A stretch of DNA of 63,556 nt, counting the filler, from Phoronis australis (lineage: Eukaryota; Animalia; Phoronida), in NCBI GenBank assembly GCA_002633005.1. It is 6 parts of 6 records of this genome, joined end to end, with 100 filler letters (N's around TTAATTAATTAA, not from the genome) between each part and the next. Parts side by side here need not be neighbours in the genome. Positions count along the whole stretch, not along the records: positions 23,395 to 26,850 come from NMRA01003010.1; positions 26,951 to 34,276 come from NMRA01002034.1; positions 34,377 to 56,441 come from NMRA01000061.1; 3 more parts are not named here. One strand, given 5' to 3'. Under the pieces are notes generated by a model, which made no database searches, was not told where the DNA came from, and saw only the letters and a program-made list of their open reading frames with translations. Both the position numbers and the translations under genes were made by a program. Shown here in pieces: positions 24,040-37,837 of this stretch (positions are counted from its first letter, which is position 1; each line of letters opens with the position of its first letter).

Positions 24040-27000
24040 ATATGGGGTCGTTTCAGAATGCCTGGTTAAAACACGACCGGTAGACCAGGTTCTGGTGGCT
24101 GGGGAAAACGATACAGAGTGTGTCTCAAAACGCTCCGTCGATCTCTAAAATTGTGCGCGGACCTCACTGCATGTTTACACAAGTCAGTCGTGTAGTATGC
24201 ACTCGACTGGCACGAAAATGATTCACTTTCGAAGAACAAAAATTCATTGCACAACACCACTGGAAACTAAAATCGTCAAAGGAGGCAAAGACAACCTTTT
24301 CAAGTTGTACATTCGCCCCCCGTGCACCCCTGGGTGCTCGCATATGCTGGTCAGAAATTCGCACTCCGAACTGCCAAATATGGTATCTGAGAGAATTTTA
24401 GGGGGGCCTTTCCCCCCTTGCCCCCCCCCCCAAATCCGCCACTGCAAAGATACATATAACGGTACACTTGAACTAAAAAAACATGGTGAAATATTTGTTT
24501 ATTGTTTATTATTGCGAGTATTTTGAGTACCCCCGTTCAACATGTACCGAGTCATCACAACTCGTAGCCTCCAGTCTTTTTCGATATTTGCGAATTCCTT
24601 GCAAACAACGATCTTCAAGAGAAACAATTCTAGTGATACTGTGGGGGAAAAGTAACATTTTATAACTAACCATAGGAAATAGTTTGACAAACAGTGGTCT
24701 TGGCGTTCTTCAAAATTCCAGTTTTTCTAGGTAGGTCATTCCTATTGTCTTTCCCACATTTTTGGTTATTTCGGTCAAATGCGTTTTTGTAATTTGTAAT
24801 TTGTAATCTTAAGTTCTCCTCGTGAATACTTGGCAGTGTCGGATTTACATGTATAGAGAGACAAAGAGACAATTCCCTCCAACAGCCCCACCGAGAGAGG
24901 GGCCCGTCTGAAATGGGACACCTAAGACGAAAAAATAAATATCATTAAGCTTTAAAAAGGTGACAGTTCATTCCATCGTCACTTGTCCTTGCAAGAAGTG
25001 ACCTTCCTCAACATGAAAGCCAGTTGTACGATTTCACGAAAAGCAGGTAAAGATAATCGATTCTAACATTGGGTCCTCTCTTCGTGAGCGGCCCCTTAAG
25101 AATTTGACAATAAAAACACGAAAAGGTTGGCCACTTGAGTGTCATCAATGACCCCCTTCAAGGGCTGGGCCCTAAATATGAAAAGATCTATATTTTCAGA
25201 AAAATCAGCAAGTGCGAAGTAATTGATGTTATCTACCAGGCCATCAATTTTGATCATGTGATAAACAATCTAGAGAAAAAACGAGAAAATAGAGCAATAA
25301 TTGTCTCCGCTTTCCCTTGCTAGAGAAGGGGTTGCGGAATAATCCAGTGAATTAATATACTCCGAAAAAGCTACGGTTTATGAATTTTCTCGATTTTTCG
25401 AAATACATGTGTGAATGATTAAGTGCAATGTTTGCAAGTGCGTTTTGACACCCTCCCTGTATGCTGCAAAAACGGAGACCCTAACAACAATGTCCTGGCC
25501 AGGGCCTCAAAGGGTAAACCATGCACTGATACTGAGGTATCACTTGAAATGTTCTCTTGGCTTTTCTCTCTTATCCGTATTCGCAATCTTTCTTTTCTCG
25601 ACTGTCCTCGGTCCCACACCCAATGAGCTATATAAAGATATATTTATCTCATTGCCCACGCCTATGTCGGTTGCCAAGGTTTAACCCTATGACGCCTGCA
25701 AATTTTTGAGGGACACGTGCCCACCCCCCTCCCGCTTCCTACGTTCCTGATTTCTACCAAGCCCTCCAATGTATCGTATTCATTTTTGAAAACTGCACGA
25801 AGGTGCGTAATCAATGACAATCGAGGTTTGAAATGCCATGATTTGCCAAGAAATGAGTATAAATGTATAAAATTCTGCATCATTTTTCCTCGGTGAATAT
25901 TCTTTTTTTGAAAAAAATGAGCAACTGGAAACAATACCGCAGCATCGATTCCTTTTTCGAAAAAAAACAGGCCAGAACCAATTATTCTTTTCAGTTTTTC
26001 TCCCTCTCGGTCAGAGGTTATCAGAAATGAATTCTGGCGACGCAACGGCCGCAGGAGACCAATACTGTGGAATCCCGCACCTTGTTAGCTTGTCCCCGGC
26101 GGGTGATTTTACGCGCCGACTTCAGGAATAACAAACAGACAGATTTTTGCAAGCCCATAAATCCCTTCTCACCTAACTATGGAACAAGACGAGACAAATT
26201 TCCAGCGGTAAGAAGTCCAATTCACTCTAGTTCGCTTGTTTGTCGCAACACGGCGCGTTTTCTTAAGGCATCTTGGCGATTGAAATACTTCCCCGAATTC
26301 CATACTGAACTTGATGCCGTGACTTCATGGGTCTGTCGCAGTTCGAAGCGTTTATTACGTCATCATACGCAATCAATAAAGTCCATCTTTTCCGGCGTTT
26401 TTTCTTTGTCATTATAAACATTTCTTTATTTTTAGAACAAGAGCTGTCTATCTTGGTGACACCAGACAGGCTGTTTGAAAAAAGAACTTGAGTAGACCAA
26501 AAGTGACAAAAGAGTTGCGTAGGTGTTGAAGTGAGGACAATACTTGAGCGGAGATTGCGTTGAAGTAGAGTCTTAATAACAAGAACCGGAAGGACCTTTT
26601 TATTGCAGTACGATGTGCAGGAGCTTCGCTAAATTGTGATCCATAAAAGTCAAAAGAATTTTGAAGACAAGTCGTATTGTTTCAAAATTTGGGCGTGTTG
26701 CGTCGTAACTTACGATAACTTTTTACAATTTGTTTTTCGTTTATATTTATGTAATACGGTTGCGTAAAGGCAAACTATGTTTTAGAATACCTGAATTCAC
26801 GCGAGTGTCAACATTGACTTACGTACTCGGCTGACACCTCGCTCAGTCAANNNNNNNNNNNNNNNNNNNNNNNNNNNNNNNNNNNNNNNNNNNNTTAATT
26901 AATTAANNNNNNNNNNNNNNNNNNNNNNNNNNNNNNNNNNNNNNNNNNNNACAGTAGCTTCACGCAGGACGTTGTGATTGACGTGTCTGGCTCCACTGGT

Positions 27001-27509
27001 GCACGGTAATGAGCGTTGTTAAATTTTTGAGCACCTTGAGAAAAGTATAAAATGTTGAAAAATACTTCATTGTGTATGTTGTCCTATATTAGTTACAGCT
27101 TTCATGGTTTGAAATAGAAACCAACATAAACCTTGATTTTCCATCGCTTGGGTACAATTCCGTATCTTCAATCCTGGATACCTAATTCCAATTGCAGGTT
27201 TTTCATGTATGAGATGTGGTGTTCAGGGAACATGGGAGTCTGGTGTGCGTCTGACTAGCCGTCCCCATGAGTTTCATCATTAAAATGACTAATAACACTC
27301 ATAACACTCGTGCGCTATGTAAAGCGATGCTGGTGTTCCTCCTTGCGATTTAGGCCCTACCCATTTACATATAACTTGCGGTGTGGTTGCCTACTTGTTC
27401 CCGTTGCTTCTGCAGAATGGTACTTCTTAACATTATTCGACATGTGACAAGTATTTTTCTACGAGGAGTGATTTGTTGTCCCTGTTACAAGGACTGCTTC
27501 TTATACAGT

Positions 27510-27706
27510 CTGTGTTTGTTGTGTTAGACAATTGTGAGGCAACCACTGAGTGTTTGGTGTGTTGGACAATTGTGAGGCAACCACTCAGTGTTTGGCATGT
27601 TGGACAGTTGTGAGGCAACCACTGAGTGTTTGGTGTGTTGGACAGTTGTGAGGCAACCACTCAGTGTTTGGTGTGTTGCACAATTGTGAGGCAACCACTC
27701 AGTGTT
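27510..27706. repeat. 39-bp minisatellite, ~5 copies
   Basis: Unit tgtttggtgtgttggacaattgtgaggcaaccactcagt. Confidence 0.92.
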
Positions 27707-29971
27707 TATGACAAGGTGTGCTAATGAAGGCATCGAAAGATGGTTAAACGCTGTTCGCATGTGAAACAGATAAAAGATTTAATACTCATCATTACAGCAA
27801 TCTGAATAAAGAAGTGTTACTTTGCTGTTAATGTGTTATATGAATATTGTAGGTATCGTGCAATTTTGTTGAAGCTTGCATGAAATCGTCTGCCTACTAC
27901 TTTAAGAATCTAAGTGCAAGCAGTAATTTTTGCAATAGGCATAATATTCTTTCATCCAAACCTATGCAGTACCCAGTTGTATGGTCAGGTCATTCACTGC
28001 ATAGTTCATTATTTCATCAAAATGGCTGCTCAATGTTCAAACTATTTCACTTACTTCAGTCTTGTTGTTTATAAAATTTTTCAGAATTGATTACAAGTCT
28101 GGCAACCATTCATTTGGCGCGGACAAACAAGTCAGTCTCGTTTACCGGTTATCTCATGAAACCATCTCAAATTCAGGTAAGACTAGCGTGAGTTATGGCA
28201 GCTTGTGTGTATAATGAGCTCTAGCTTAGATGGTAACTGCTGTGTGCTCTTGAACTCCAAGGAAAGTTTTGTTGAAAGTTTTAATTGTTTGTTGAAAAAC
28301 TTGTCATGAAAGGCACATTGATTGTCGTTGAAAATACACTGGTCAATTCGCCCTCTGCAGTAGGGTTATCTAGTCCATTTTCGCTAGTGCTGAACACCAT
28401 TGGGATACCTGACGTTTCCAGAACCTCAATGGAGACAAGTCAGGTAATTACTGAATGGCAGCCTTGGAATGGCACACTCCTCTGAATCGCACGTAACGAG
28501 GTCTATACACAATGTTTGAAAATTATTATTTACCAGGAGATATTTGAAGATGTTGACGAGGGTATTGTTCTTTTCAAACTACATCCTTCTGAATATTTAT
28601 GATCATAACATTAAGCAATAATTGTCATCAGAAAATTACACCATGGTTATTTGTTTGATAGATAGCAGCAAGTGTAACAGATCGTTATTGTCAAAAATTT
28701 CCTTTTTCTTCTGGAAACAGAGCTGCGTGGCAGTACGTCAACTGTGTTACAGTATGCCGGCTCTCTATTTAGCAAGCTCATACAGGTGTAGAGTTACCGT
28801 CCGCTTGCAGGGAATTCGGAAGTGAAAGTACATCCAACTGTTTACCTTGCTATGGTTACGTCGTCGGCAATTGCATGATCTGTCCAGGCAGCCACATAAA
28901 GTCCTTGAGATGAGTGCTCAATGCACTTTATGATCGTTCCTGTTTCAGCTTTCTCCAGCAATGTTAGCCAGATGTCTGGTGTTCTGTCCTCTCCGAACTT
29001 CCCAAATAACTATCCCTACTACTCAACATACAGGTTTGTAATTGAATTGTTTAAAGCATCGTGAACAGTAACACCGTCCTGTAAATTTGGTTCTTACAGT
29101 GTGTTAAGAGCTTTGCTCTGAGCTTACTAGTGCCATAATTTCCAAATGTAACAAACTGTTAAGCGTATTGGCTTGCTTTTGTCTACGTCACCGCAAGAGT
29201 CACCTTTTAATTCAAACACCTACGAATAACACCTATGCGCAGTGATGTTCTATTCAGTCCCCTATTCAATACAACCTTTTGTTGTTTGTGCTAGGATCTC
29301 GTGGAGACGCAACATGGCACGAAAAGGCAGCTTCACCTATCATTTAACGGGCTTACATTTGTGTGATTGAACTTCCATTTTCGTATTTTACTAAGGCTTT
29401 GCAAGGACTATCTAGTTAGCTCAATACATCTAAAATAACAAAATTTTGTTGAAGTTGGGCTTTAAAGTTAAGCATCACATCTCAGAAATGACTGTCAGAT
29501 TGGATTCAAACAAATCTTTCTTTAATTAACTTTATAAATAGGCATTGGACAGCCATGAGTATGAGTGAAATCATATTTAATAATTTAAAGTTAGGGTATG
29601 TTTGAAAATTACTGCTTCATAATGTAGGTAAGTCACGTTGTGTCATCTTTACCTTTCTTTGCTGGTAAATGATTTGAAAGCAGGTGATCTTCAATTTGAT
29701 GTTGTTTGAGGCCTATAGATTGTAAAACAGAAAAATATCAACAAAATTAATGTTCCCGAGCAGTCCGCAGTTGTGGTAGGCGCATATTTTTATTGTGTAG
29801 GTTATCATTCATTCGGCCATAGTTAAAACTGATTATGGTCATAATTTCTGTCAAAAGGAATTTCATGAAACAGTGCTTAATTAATACTTAGTCTTCACTT
29901 AGTCCAATTTTTGTCTGAGCTGAGACCAAGAAAAGTTGCAGTTTCTCAGCTAAACAAAATCTTTATTTCAG

Positions 29972-30225
29972 TTGGAAGTTAACCAGTCGTGCAAACAAGT
30001 TTCTCTACCTCTATGGAAATTATTTCAACTTTGGCCCATCAGCTCAACTGGCTGTTTGGAGAGGAAACACTCTGTTCAAGGTTTACAATGTTTCTTACCC
30101 ATTACCTGCGGAAGACATGTTTCAAACTACCAAGGAGGCGACAAACTTCGTTTTTAGTTCTGGCAAGCCACGTCAGCCGGTCTTGTACCAAAAGACTGGC
30201 TTCAGTTTGAATTATACGACCTTTG
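29972..30225 (+). CDS. CUB-domain-like exon, copy 1
   Basis: tttatttcag|WKLTSRANKFLYLYGNYFNFGPSAQLAVWRGNTLFKVYN...FVFSSGKPRQPVLYQKTGFSLNYTTF|gtgagt; open frame, phase 2-1, CUB-like C-terminal GF.L.Y. Confidence 0.6.
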
Positions 30226-30264
30226 GTGAGTAGATGGTCAAGGATGATGCTGGTCAGTTTAATT

Positions 30265-30690
30265 TTCATCACGAATGTCATCATCACTGTCACCATCATT
30301 ATTGTAATTGTTATGGTTGTCACCATCATTGTCGTCATCGTTGTCATCACTGTCATCATTTTAATCATTGTCGTCACCTCCATTGTCATCATTATCGTTG
30401 TCACCATCATGCTCATTGTAATCGTTGTGATTTCCATCATCGTCATTATGATCTCTGTCACCATCATCCTCATTGTCATAGTCACCATTGTCATCGTCAT
30501 CATCATTGTAATCATTATTGTGGTCGCCATCATTTGCATCACCATTGTCATCATCACCATCACCGTAATACTCATTGTCATCCCCATCATCATCATAATA
30601 TAATTGTAATCGTTATCATGGTCGACATCAATGTCATCACAATTGTCATCATCATTGTCATCATCATTGTCATTGTCATCATCATCATCA
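30265..30690. repeat. Degenerate (CAT/TGT/CAC)n trinucleotide low-complexity tract in an intron (second copy ~31725-32143)
   Basis: Low-complexity CAT-based repeat that produces spurious His/Cys, Ile/Val and Met/Thr ORFs. Confidence 0.9.
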
Positions 30691-31433
30691 GAGCAGACGA
30701 TCTTCTACATGACACCAAGTGGATGCTCTGTATCCCACAATTCTTCGTTACGGATCAATTTCAGCTGATTTCCCTATTCCTTTTGATGGTTCCTAAGAAA
30801 CCANGAAGATTACTCACATTTTGCCCCTAGCCTATTGAGGAGACAATGACCATGCCTTTCCATTTTGCAAAGTATGCCCTCTACTGGCCACTTTATGGTA
30901 CCAATAAACAACCCTAGAAGGATACCGTATGCGGTGCAATTGTGGGCGCATTTCAATGCTCTGTGTTGCTCTTGTTTAATAAACTTTATAAATAAGCATT
31001 GGACAGCCATGAGTATGAGTGAAATCATATTAATAATTTAAAGTTCTGGTATGTTTGAAAATTACTGCTTCATATTGTAGGTAAGTCGCATTGTGTCATT
31101 TTTACCTTTCTTTGCTGGTAAACGATTTGAAAGCAGGTGATCGTCAATTTGATGTCGTTTGAGGCCTATAGATTGTAAAACATAGAAAAATATCAACAAA
31201 ATTAATGTTCCCGAGCAGTCCGCAGTTATGGCATGCGCATATTTTTATTGTCAGTGTAGGTTATCATTCATTCGGCCATAGTTAAAACTGATTGTGGTCG
31301 TAATTTCGGTCAAAAGGAATTTCATGAAACAGTGCTTAATACTTAGTCTTCACTTAGTCCAAGTTCTGTCTGAGCTGAGACCAAGAAAAGTTGCAGTTTC
31401 TCAGCTAAACAAAATCTAATAATTTTATTTCAG

Positions 31434-31687
31434 TTGGAAGTTAACCAATCGCGCAAACAAGTTTCTATACCTCTATGGAAATTATTTCAACTTTGGCCCA
31501 TCAGCTCAACTGGCTGTTTGGAGAGGAAACAGTCTGTTCAAGGTTTACAATGTTTCTTACCCATTACCTGCGGAAGACATGTTTCAAACCACCAAGGAGG
31601 CGACAAACTTCGTTTTTAATTCTGGCAAGCCACGTCAGCCGGTCTCGCACCAAAAGACTGGCTTCAGTTTGAATTATACGACCTTTG
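31434..31687 (+). CDS. CUB-domain-like exon, copy 2
   Basis: Duplicate of 29972-30225 with intact AG/GT sites and open frame; phase 1 joins to the exon at 32612. Confidence 0.6.
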
Positions 31688-32611
31688 GTGAGTATATGGT
31701 CAAGGATGATGCTGGTCAGTTTCATTTTCATCACAAATGCCATCATCACTGTCACCATCATTATTGTAATTGTTATGGTTGTCACCATCATTGTCGTCAT
31801 CGTTGTCATCACTATCATCATTGTAATCATTGTCGTCACCTCCCTTGTCATCGTTATCGTTGTCACCATCATGCTCATTGTAATCGTTGTTGTGATTACC
31901 ATCATCGTCATTATGATCTCTGTCACCATCATCCTCATTGTCATAGTCACCATTGTCATCGTCATCATCATTGTAATCATTATTGTGGTCGCCATCATTT
32001 GCATCACCATTATCATCATCACCATCACCGTAATACTCATTGTCATCCCCATCATCATCATAATATAATTGTAATCGTTATCATGGTCGACATCAATGTC
32101 ATCACAATTGTCATCATCATTGTCATTGTCATCATCATCATCAGAGCAGACGATCTTCTACATGACACCGAGTGGATGCTCTGTATCCCACAATTCTTCG
32201 TTACGGATCAATTTCAGCTGATTTCCCTATTCCTTTTGATGGTTCCTAAGAAACCAATTGCTGTCATGGTAACAGGGATTACAAGACCTGGTGTGTGTTC
32301 CGTGAACACAAGAACTTACTTTAGCAAAAAAGCAAGATCGTGCAAAATCATGCTCGTGAAAGGCAAATATATTTCTGGTAGCTCAGTTTACCCTAGAAGA
32401 ATGATACCCTCTGATTAGTAAATGGCTGGTGAGGCAGGATGTTGAATTTTTGGCTAGAATTCACCGTTGAGATTCATAAACAAATATTTTGCTTCACTAG
32501 TTCAGGTCTACAGAATGCACCCTAGTTTAAATGTAATGGGCCCATGGTTATGGTTATGTTCATGTTTTGGCTGCAAGTAGGAAAGAACTGTAGCTTAAAC
32601 TAACATTTCAG

Positions 32612-32771
32612 ACTGCGGAGGCTTGGTCCAGGGATCTTCTCATAGTGTGTCTGTTCCCAAGTCACTGGCAGGGTCAAAGTTCACGTGTATATGGGTCATA
32701 GAGGTTAAGGCCAAGGGTGTCAACTCTTCTGTCAATATTCTCAACTACACAGTCAACTTCAACAAAGTCGG
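32612..32771 (+). CDS. CUB-domain N-terminal exon
   Basis: catttcag|(D)CGGLVQGSSHSVSVPKSLAGSKFTCIWVIEVKAKGVNSSVNILNYTVNFNKV|gtgagt; CGG...C.W.I CUB signature. Neighbouring CUB-like pieces (~27100-27200, ~32945-33100) contain stops, so the locus may be a pseudogene. Confidence 0.65.
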
Positions 32772-34218
32772 GTGAGTGGATTGTGACATAATGATTTTGC
32801 ATAAACATATTAATTATATGACAAGACTCTTGAAACAAGCATCTATCGGTAGGTGATGATAATTTGTTTTGGCAAATGCTCAGCGCCACCTGTAATTGAA
32901 ATTCAAATGTGGATCGGGGACTTTAAAGCTATGCGGTTTTCAGAATGCTATGAAATTACCCAGGGATTTCTGAAAGTTCCCTACCAACGAAAAATTCCCA
33001 TGAAAGTGTCATGGGACTACTCTCATAGCAGTCAAACTGCTGATAACTGAAACCTGTCTGGTATTTCAAGTTGACCGCAGTTAAAATCTTCTGCAAAAGA
33101 AACAAACCACCAACTCCTATGCCACAATTGTTGAGATTTTTTAATCTCAATTGCTGTCATTTCAGGCTCCCTCTTACAGTAATTCTCTATGCTGAATGAG
33201 GGCGCTGTGGTAAGCAATAGAGCCCCGCCACTTTTTCCGAAAGAGCGTCCGGGGGGTTTTAGAAGGTGCAAAATAAATTTTGGCTAAATGTATGTTTCCT
33301 TAAGTACCTTGTTGTTTGGTAATGGTAACATGGTTTGTGCGAAAACACAATGCCATGAAATATCTGTGCATGAAAGAATTCAGGCATCACATTTACAAAA
33401 CGTCATGTTTTGTTTCAACTACACATGACAGTGCTTTCTAAGTGAGGGTGAATCCAGATCATAATCTAGTCAATTGTTAAATGTTTTCGCAGTCATTTTT
33501 CCGACATCATGACTCGTAGGCCTTTTATGTATCACGATTCATAGAGTTATTCAAACCATTTATCAATGAGTACCACAGAACCAAAACCTAATTCACCTGT
33601 TTTTACCTAATTTTACAAGAAATTCAATTTCAGAAGCCAAATAGATCGAAACATACTTTATTCCACGATGTATCAAATAAATCTTATTTAGCCATTGTTT
33701 CATTTCTGTTAAGTTGTCGCACTCCTTACATGCTAAGACACTGTTGGTTCACTTGACTTCTGCAACAAATAGCGCAATCAGAGTGACCTTATCTTAAATA
33801 TTCAAATCCATTGCCTATAACTGCATTTACATGAGAGACAGCTGACACGGCGCAGCTAGCACAGAACAGCTGATCAAGTAAAAGTGTGTAAACACGACTG
33901 ATACAGAGCAAGTGACACCACAGCAGACAGTTTTTGACACCAATTTGATAGGTAGAGTGAGTTACACTCGCCCAGTTGCTCCAGTGTCAACTAAATGTCT
34001 AAACACAACTGGGGCAGGGTGGAATGGGGTTCACCTTTCAATGCGCTTGTGCAATAGTGTATATTGGGGTGTTCAGCTGTCATTCCATGTGGTTTGGACA
34101 TTTGCAGTAAATGTTTATGCGAGCATGCGCAGACAGTGTTTGTGTGAGTGACTCGTGCTAATCCAGTTTACGATCTAATGTCGTGTAAATGTGACTAATG
34201 TGGAGCAAGTGGCGCCAT

Positions 34219-34276
34219 TACAACTGACACGGCGACAACTGACACGGTGACAACTGACACGTTGACAACTGACACG
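34219..34276. repeat. Short tandem repeat (acaactgacacggcg-like) running into a gap
   Basis: About 4 copies of a 15-bp unit. Confidence 0.8.
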
Positions 34277-34938
34277 NNNNNNNNNNNNNNNNNNNNNNNN
34301 NNNNNNNNNNNNNNNNNNNNTTAATTAATTAANNNNNNNNNNNNNNNNNNNNNNNNNNNNNNNNNNNNNNNNNNNNTTTTTGTGCAAAAATATAAGATAT
34401 ATTCGAATTATTTTACTGTAAATTTCCCATTCAGGTGATCTTACACTAAGCTAAAAAATAGTTGAAATAATTTTGAAATGGTTTTTTGTTTGACTGTCAA
34501 CTGCTGTTCAAGACTTGATTCGGTGTCACAAAATGATTCATAGTTTTCTAAATTTTAAGTGTCAATTGCTTTCAAGTCATGTTTTGTAACTTATTGCTTC
34601 TTAATTCAGGTTATCAAGTCAACAATATGAATAATCTTAATTTGAGAAGTAAGCTATGTTGGATTGTGAAGCTTCAAGCCTCCAATTCTTGTTCCTTGCA
34701 ACTTCCTATTTTTTTAAATGATGCTGGTGTAAGGAAACACTATTCCATCACCATGGTAATTGTACATGTATGTCCACTTTCATACATGCATCATGGAAAC
34801 TGTTGCTGTTGAATAGTGTTTGTAATGCTAATTGTTGTAAAGTATTGTGCATTTTAAGTAACTTATTATGTTAAGTTTGAATCATTTTGGGTTAATGAAT
34901 AAAAAATGATAACATGTTGTGTTGGACTTGTCATACTT

Positions 34939-35170
34939 ATGTGCTCGAACGAGGCCCCTTTTGGAGAACTGGAAAAAGGTCTGCCTCAGTCACAGAAGCA
35001 CGAATTCCGAAAAAGTAGAAAATGAGACAATATTCCACTAGTAAGACAGAAAGTACTAAAATTTAGCGTCTGCAATTCATAGCTCTGAACATACCCACTG
35101 AATCTTATAGTAAAAGATAGACATTCCCAAAAATTCCAGCCCCCCATTCTTTTAGGCTTGGTGCGCTCAT
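34939..35170. mobile_element. Putative MITE (dispersed family)
   Basis: Imperfect TIRs tatgtgctcgaacgaggcc / ggcttggtgcgctcata; partial copies at 18137 and 21365. Confidence 0.55.
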
Positions 35171-37819
35171 ACAAAGTCTGGGAAATTGAAAGCCAACAAC
35201 TTTGCACAGTTCGCCAGAAGTACCCAAGTTCTAAATAAACCTCGTTTGAGCGAGCGCTGTGGCCAGCGACCAGTTAGGCATTAGGGTAGCCTTGGCGCAA
35301 ACCTGTATAGACCTACTAACAAGCTGTATTTTGACGATAGTCTTCACTGGTAGCTGGTGACTCCAGGCTAACTAAGGTCTGCCGCGGCAGTGTGACACAG
35401 GACTAACCAGCCCGTAATTTCATGCAAGTGGCTGAAACTACCCTTGAATATATGCAGCATTTATGATTTGACCATTTTACTTCGACAAAACAGCTTGCAA
35501 TAGCATGCATGTACCGTTCGCCAGTGTCTGGTCTCGATCCGCACCGGGTCCGATAGGCTGCGGTCCCGAGTCTGGCAAAATAATTTCTGTCAAAATTTAC
35601 TCGCTACATTTCTTCAGCAAATTCGATAAAATTGTCCGTAGTTTGATTTTATTAAAATTAAGGCGCGCTGTCGATTATTTTATCCCCGTTTGCTGGCTGG
35701 TAACAGTACAGGCACTGCTCCAGTCGCACTGACGGCGTTTTCTCAGCCTGCGTTCCCGAATGAATCGTACTTCCGGGTTCGCGGCGAGTTCAAAATGGCG
35801 GTGGTTCTTCGGGTGCGAATTGTGAGTGGCGCGTTCATTTAAACTTTTTTCGATTACGGATCTTGTATTAGTTATGGGGTAAGTACTTCTTGGATCCTTA
35901 TAACATCCTCTAACGATGTAATAAGGGTTAACAACGCGTGAGAGAAGGACTTTAAATGTAAGCAAGGGAACACTGTGGATGCATTTCAATATTCCAGTAT
36001 CCACATGACTGATCTAGTGCCGAGAAATACCTACACCCATTTAGCTGCGTTATTACTTCCTCCCACAGCCCTGTTTAACGGTTTAGGATCAAGACACACC
36101 CTTAGCTGGCCGTTCGGTTTTGGGGTACACACTAGGCTGTTTACCCCGGGCGTGGCTTCCTGTTGGTTCTTGATAATTCCAAGCTCTTCCACGCGGTTGA
36201 GTTCCATCAGAAGTTGTTTTTGACAGCAGGTGGTACTCTTCTTAGGGGGCATACCACTGGTGGGACAGTTTCATCTATCTGAATTTTATATTTGTAGTCC
36301 TTCAATTTCATAACTCCTGTAAAAACATCCTTGGCGTCTTCAATAACCTGCTTTGTAGAGATAACTCTGATCTGCCTGTCTCGTTTGACACAATTCTCTT
36401 TTCCTGACTTGACTTCTCTTATGTCGAAGTCACCGTGACAATCTTTGCAAGTACCGGGCTCATCGCAAGGTATTTTCACTATGTTTATTGCTTTGCAGAA
36501 CCTCAACGAGAATAGATTGTTTCCAAAATCTGAGACAAAAAGGGTACCCTATGTCCAGCGACGTTGTTGTGGAAAACACGACCAATCCAAAACTTGCCAT
36601 GATTGGTGAAACTTTTACCACCATAACCAGTCAGTTTGACAGCGGATTTCGGGAGTTTATTGAGTGCATCGGCCCTGTACAGCTTCTTATATGTGGCAAT
36701 ATTCAGGAGATTAACTTGGGCTCCAGTATCAATTTGCCCTTCAGCCTAACTTGTCTCCCTGGTGTCTCGATCCTAAAAACAGCAAATTGGGTATCTGGCC
36801 CAAGGTCATCATCAAAATGGATTTCACCTGCCTGGGTCTCCACGGTCTCAACTGACGCACTGTCATACTCGTCGCAAAACAAATTTTCCTCTACAGAAGA
36901 TTGATAACTGGCTCCAGCTTCGTGCAGTTGTTTCACATGGTTTCTTCTCTTTTCGGTTTCCCGCTTTTCAGGTTTAGTAATGAGATGACAGCACCGCTCA
37001 AAATGGTTCGTCTGTTTGCAGCGGTTGCATTTCTTCCCGAACGCTGGACATCGCTTTGGTGGGTGCATATATCCACATTTCGAGCAATCAATTAATCTGT
37101 CGTGTGCGAGTTTGTCGAAGTTCATCAGAACACTGCGTGATCTCCTGCCTCACTTTATCAACTTCTCGTATGTGCCGTTGTACTGCCTCCGTCGCCCTTG
37201 CCGTGTCCAATACTTGAGTACTTGTCGCGGTCTTTGGGAGGGCATAAACTTTTTCCAAAATATTAACATCTTTGAATCCATATTTATGGGCTTCAGTCTC
37301 CATGATGCTTGAATTGTCATTTGGATGTTCACATTGCTGTAACAACTTCCTTATCCGATCATAAAATTGATCAACAGTCTCATCGGCTTGCCGCTTGACA
37401 AACTTTAATTTCATCCGTGATGCATTCCACCATCCTTCTGTGCCTTCCTTCTTGGCACAAATGCTATCGAAAAACGTCCACAGGGTTTCATCTTCTCGTT
37501 ATCATTACCATCAAAGGGGTGGTTTGCATGTTTCATGCATGCTTCTGGACCCATCCACATTAATACCTTATCGATTTGACTTGGTATTTTTTTTCAAGTC
37601 CTTCTTAACAATTCAGAATTTTCTGTGTCAGTGTTTTAAACCGAATGTATTCGTCATATAGTTTTTTACTACAAAATTCAAGTTGTTTCGGCATTTTTAC
37701 ACCGTGTAAACGAACCTTTCCTGTGGCTTCTATTTCTTCTGTCGAGGCTATTTTGTTTGTTTAAGCTTACCGTTAAATTTACAACTGTCTTTTAGTTTAA
37801 AGAAACTTGCTGCTGATCC

Positions 37820-37837
37820 ATCACATCGAGGTCACCA
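37820..37837 (-). promoter_or_regulatory. Primer-binding site complementary to the tRNA-Trp 3' end
   Basis: TGGTGACCTCGATGTGAT versus TGGTGACCCCGACGTGAT expected for metazoan tRNA-Trp (two C>T changes), immediately after the LTR CA. Confidence 0.75.

Larger units (their letters stand above)
29520..32255. repeat. ~1.46-kb-period tandem duplication (copies ~29520-30803 and ~30975-32255)
   Basis: Highly similar colinear copies with scattered substitutions and indels, separated by a single N (30804) and ~170 bp of unique sequence. Confidence 0.92.

Noticed and set aside
25150-25520. Possible piggyBac-like MITE (CCC...GGG ends)
   Set aside because: The TIR match is poor and TTAA TSDs are not intact on either side.
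27510-27706. 39-bp repeats that could be mistaken for a CRISPR array
   Set aside because: Head-to-tail units with no unique spacers, in eukaryotic DNA with no cas genes; this is a minisatellite.
30102-32418. Long His/Cys-rich, Ile/Val-rich and Met/Thr-rich ORFs (up to 279 aa) that look like metal-binding or membrane proteins
   Set aside because: They arise from a degenerate CAT-type trinucleotide tract that is open in several frames on both strands and starts right after a canonical splice donor, so it is intronic low-complexity DNA.
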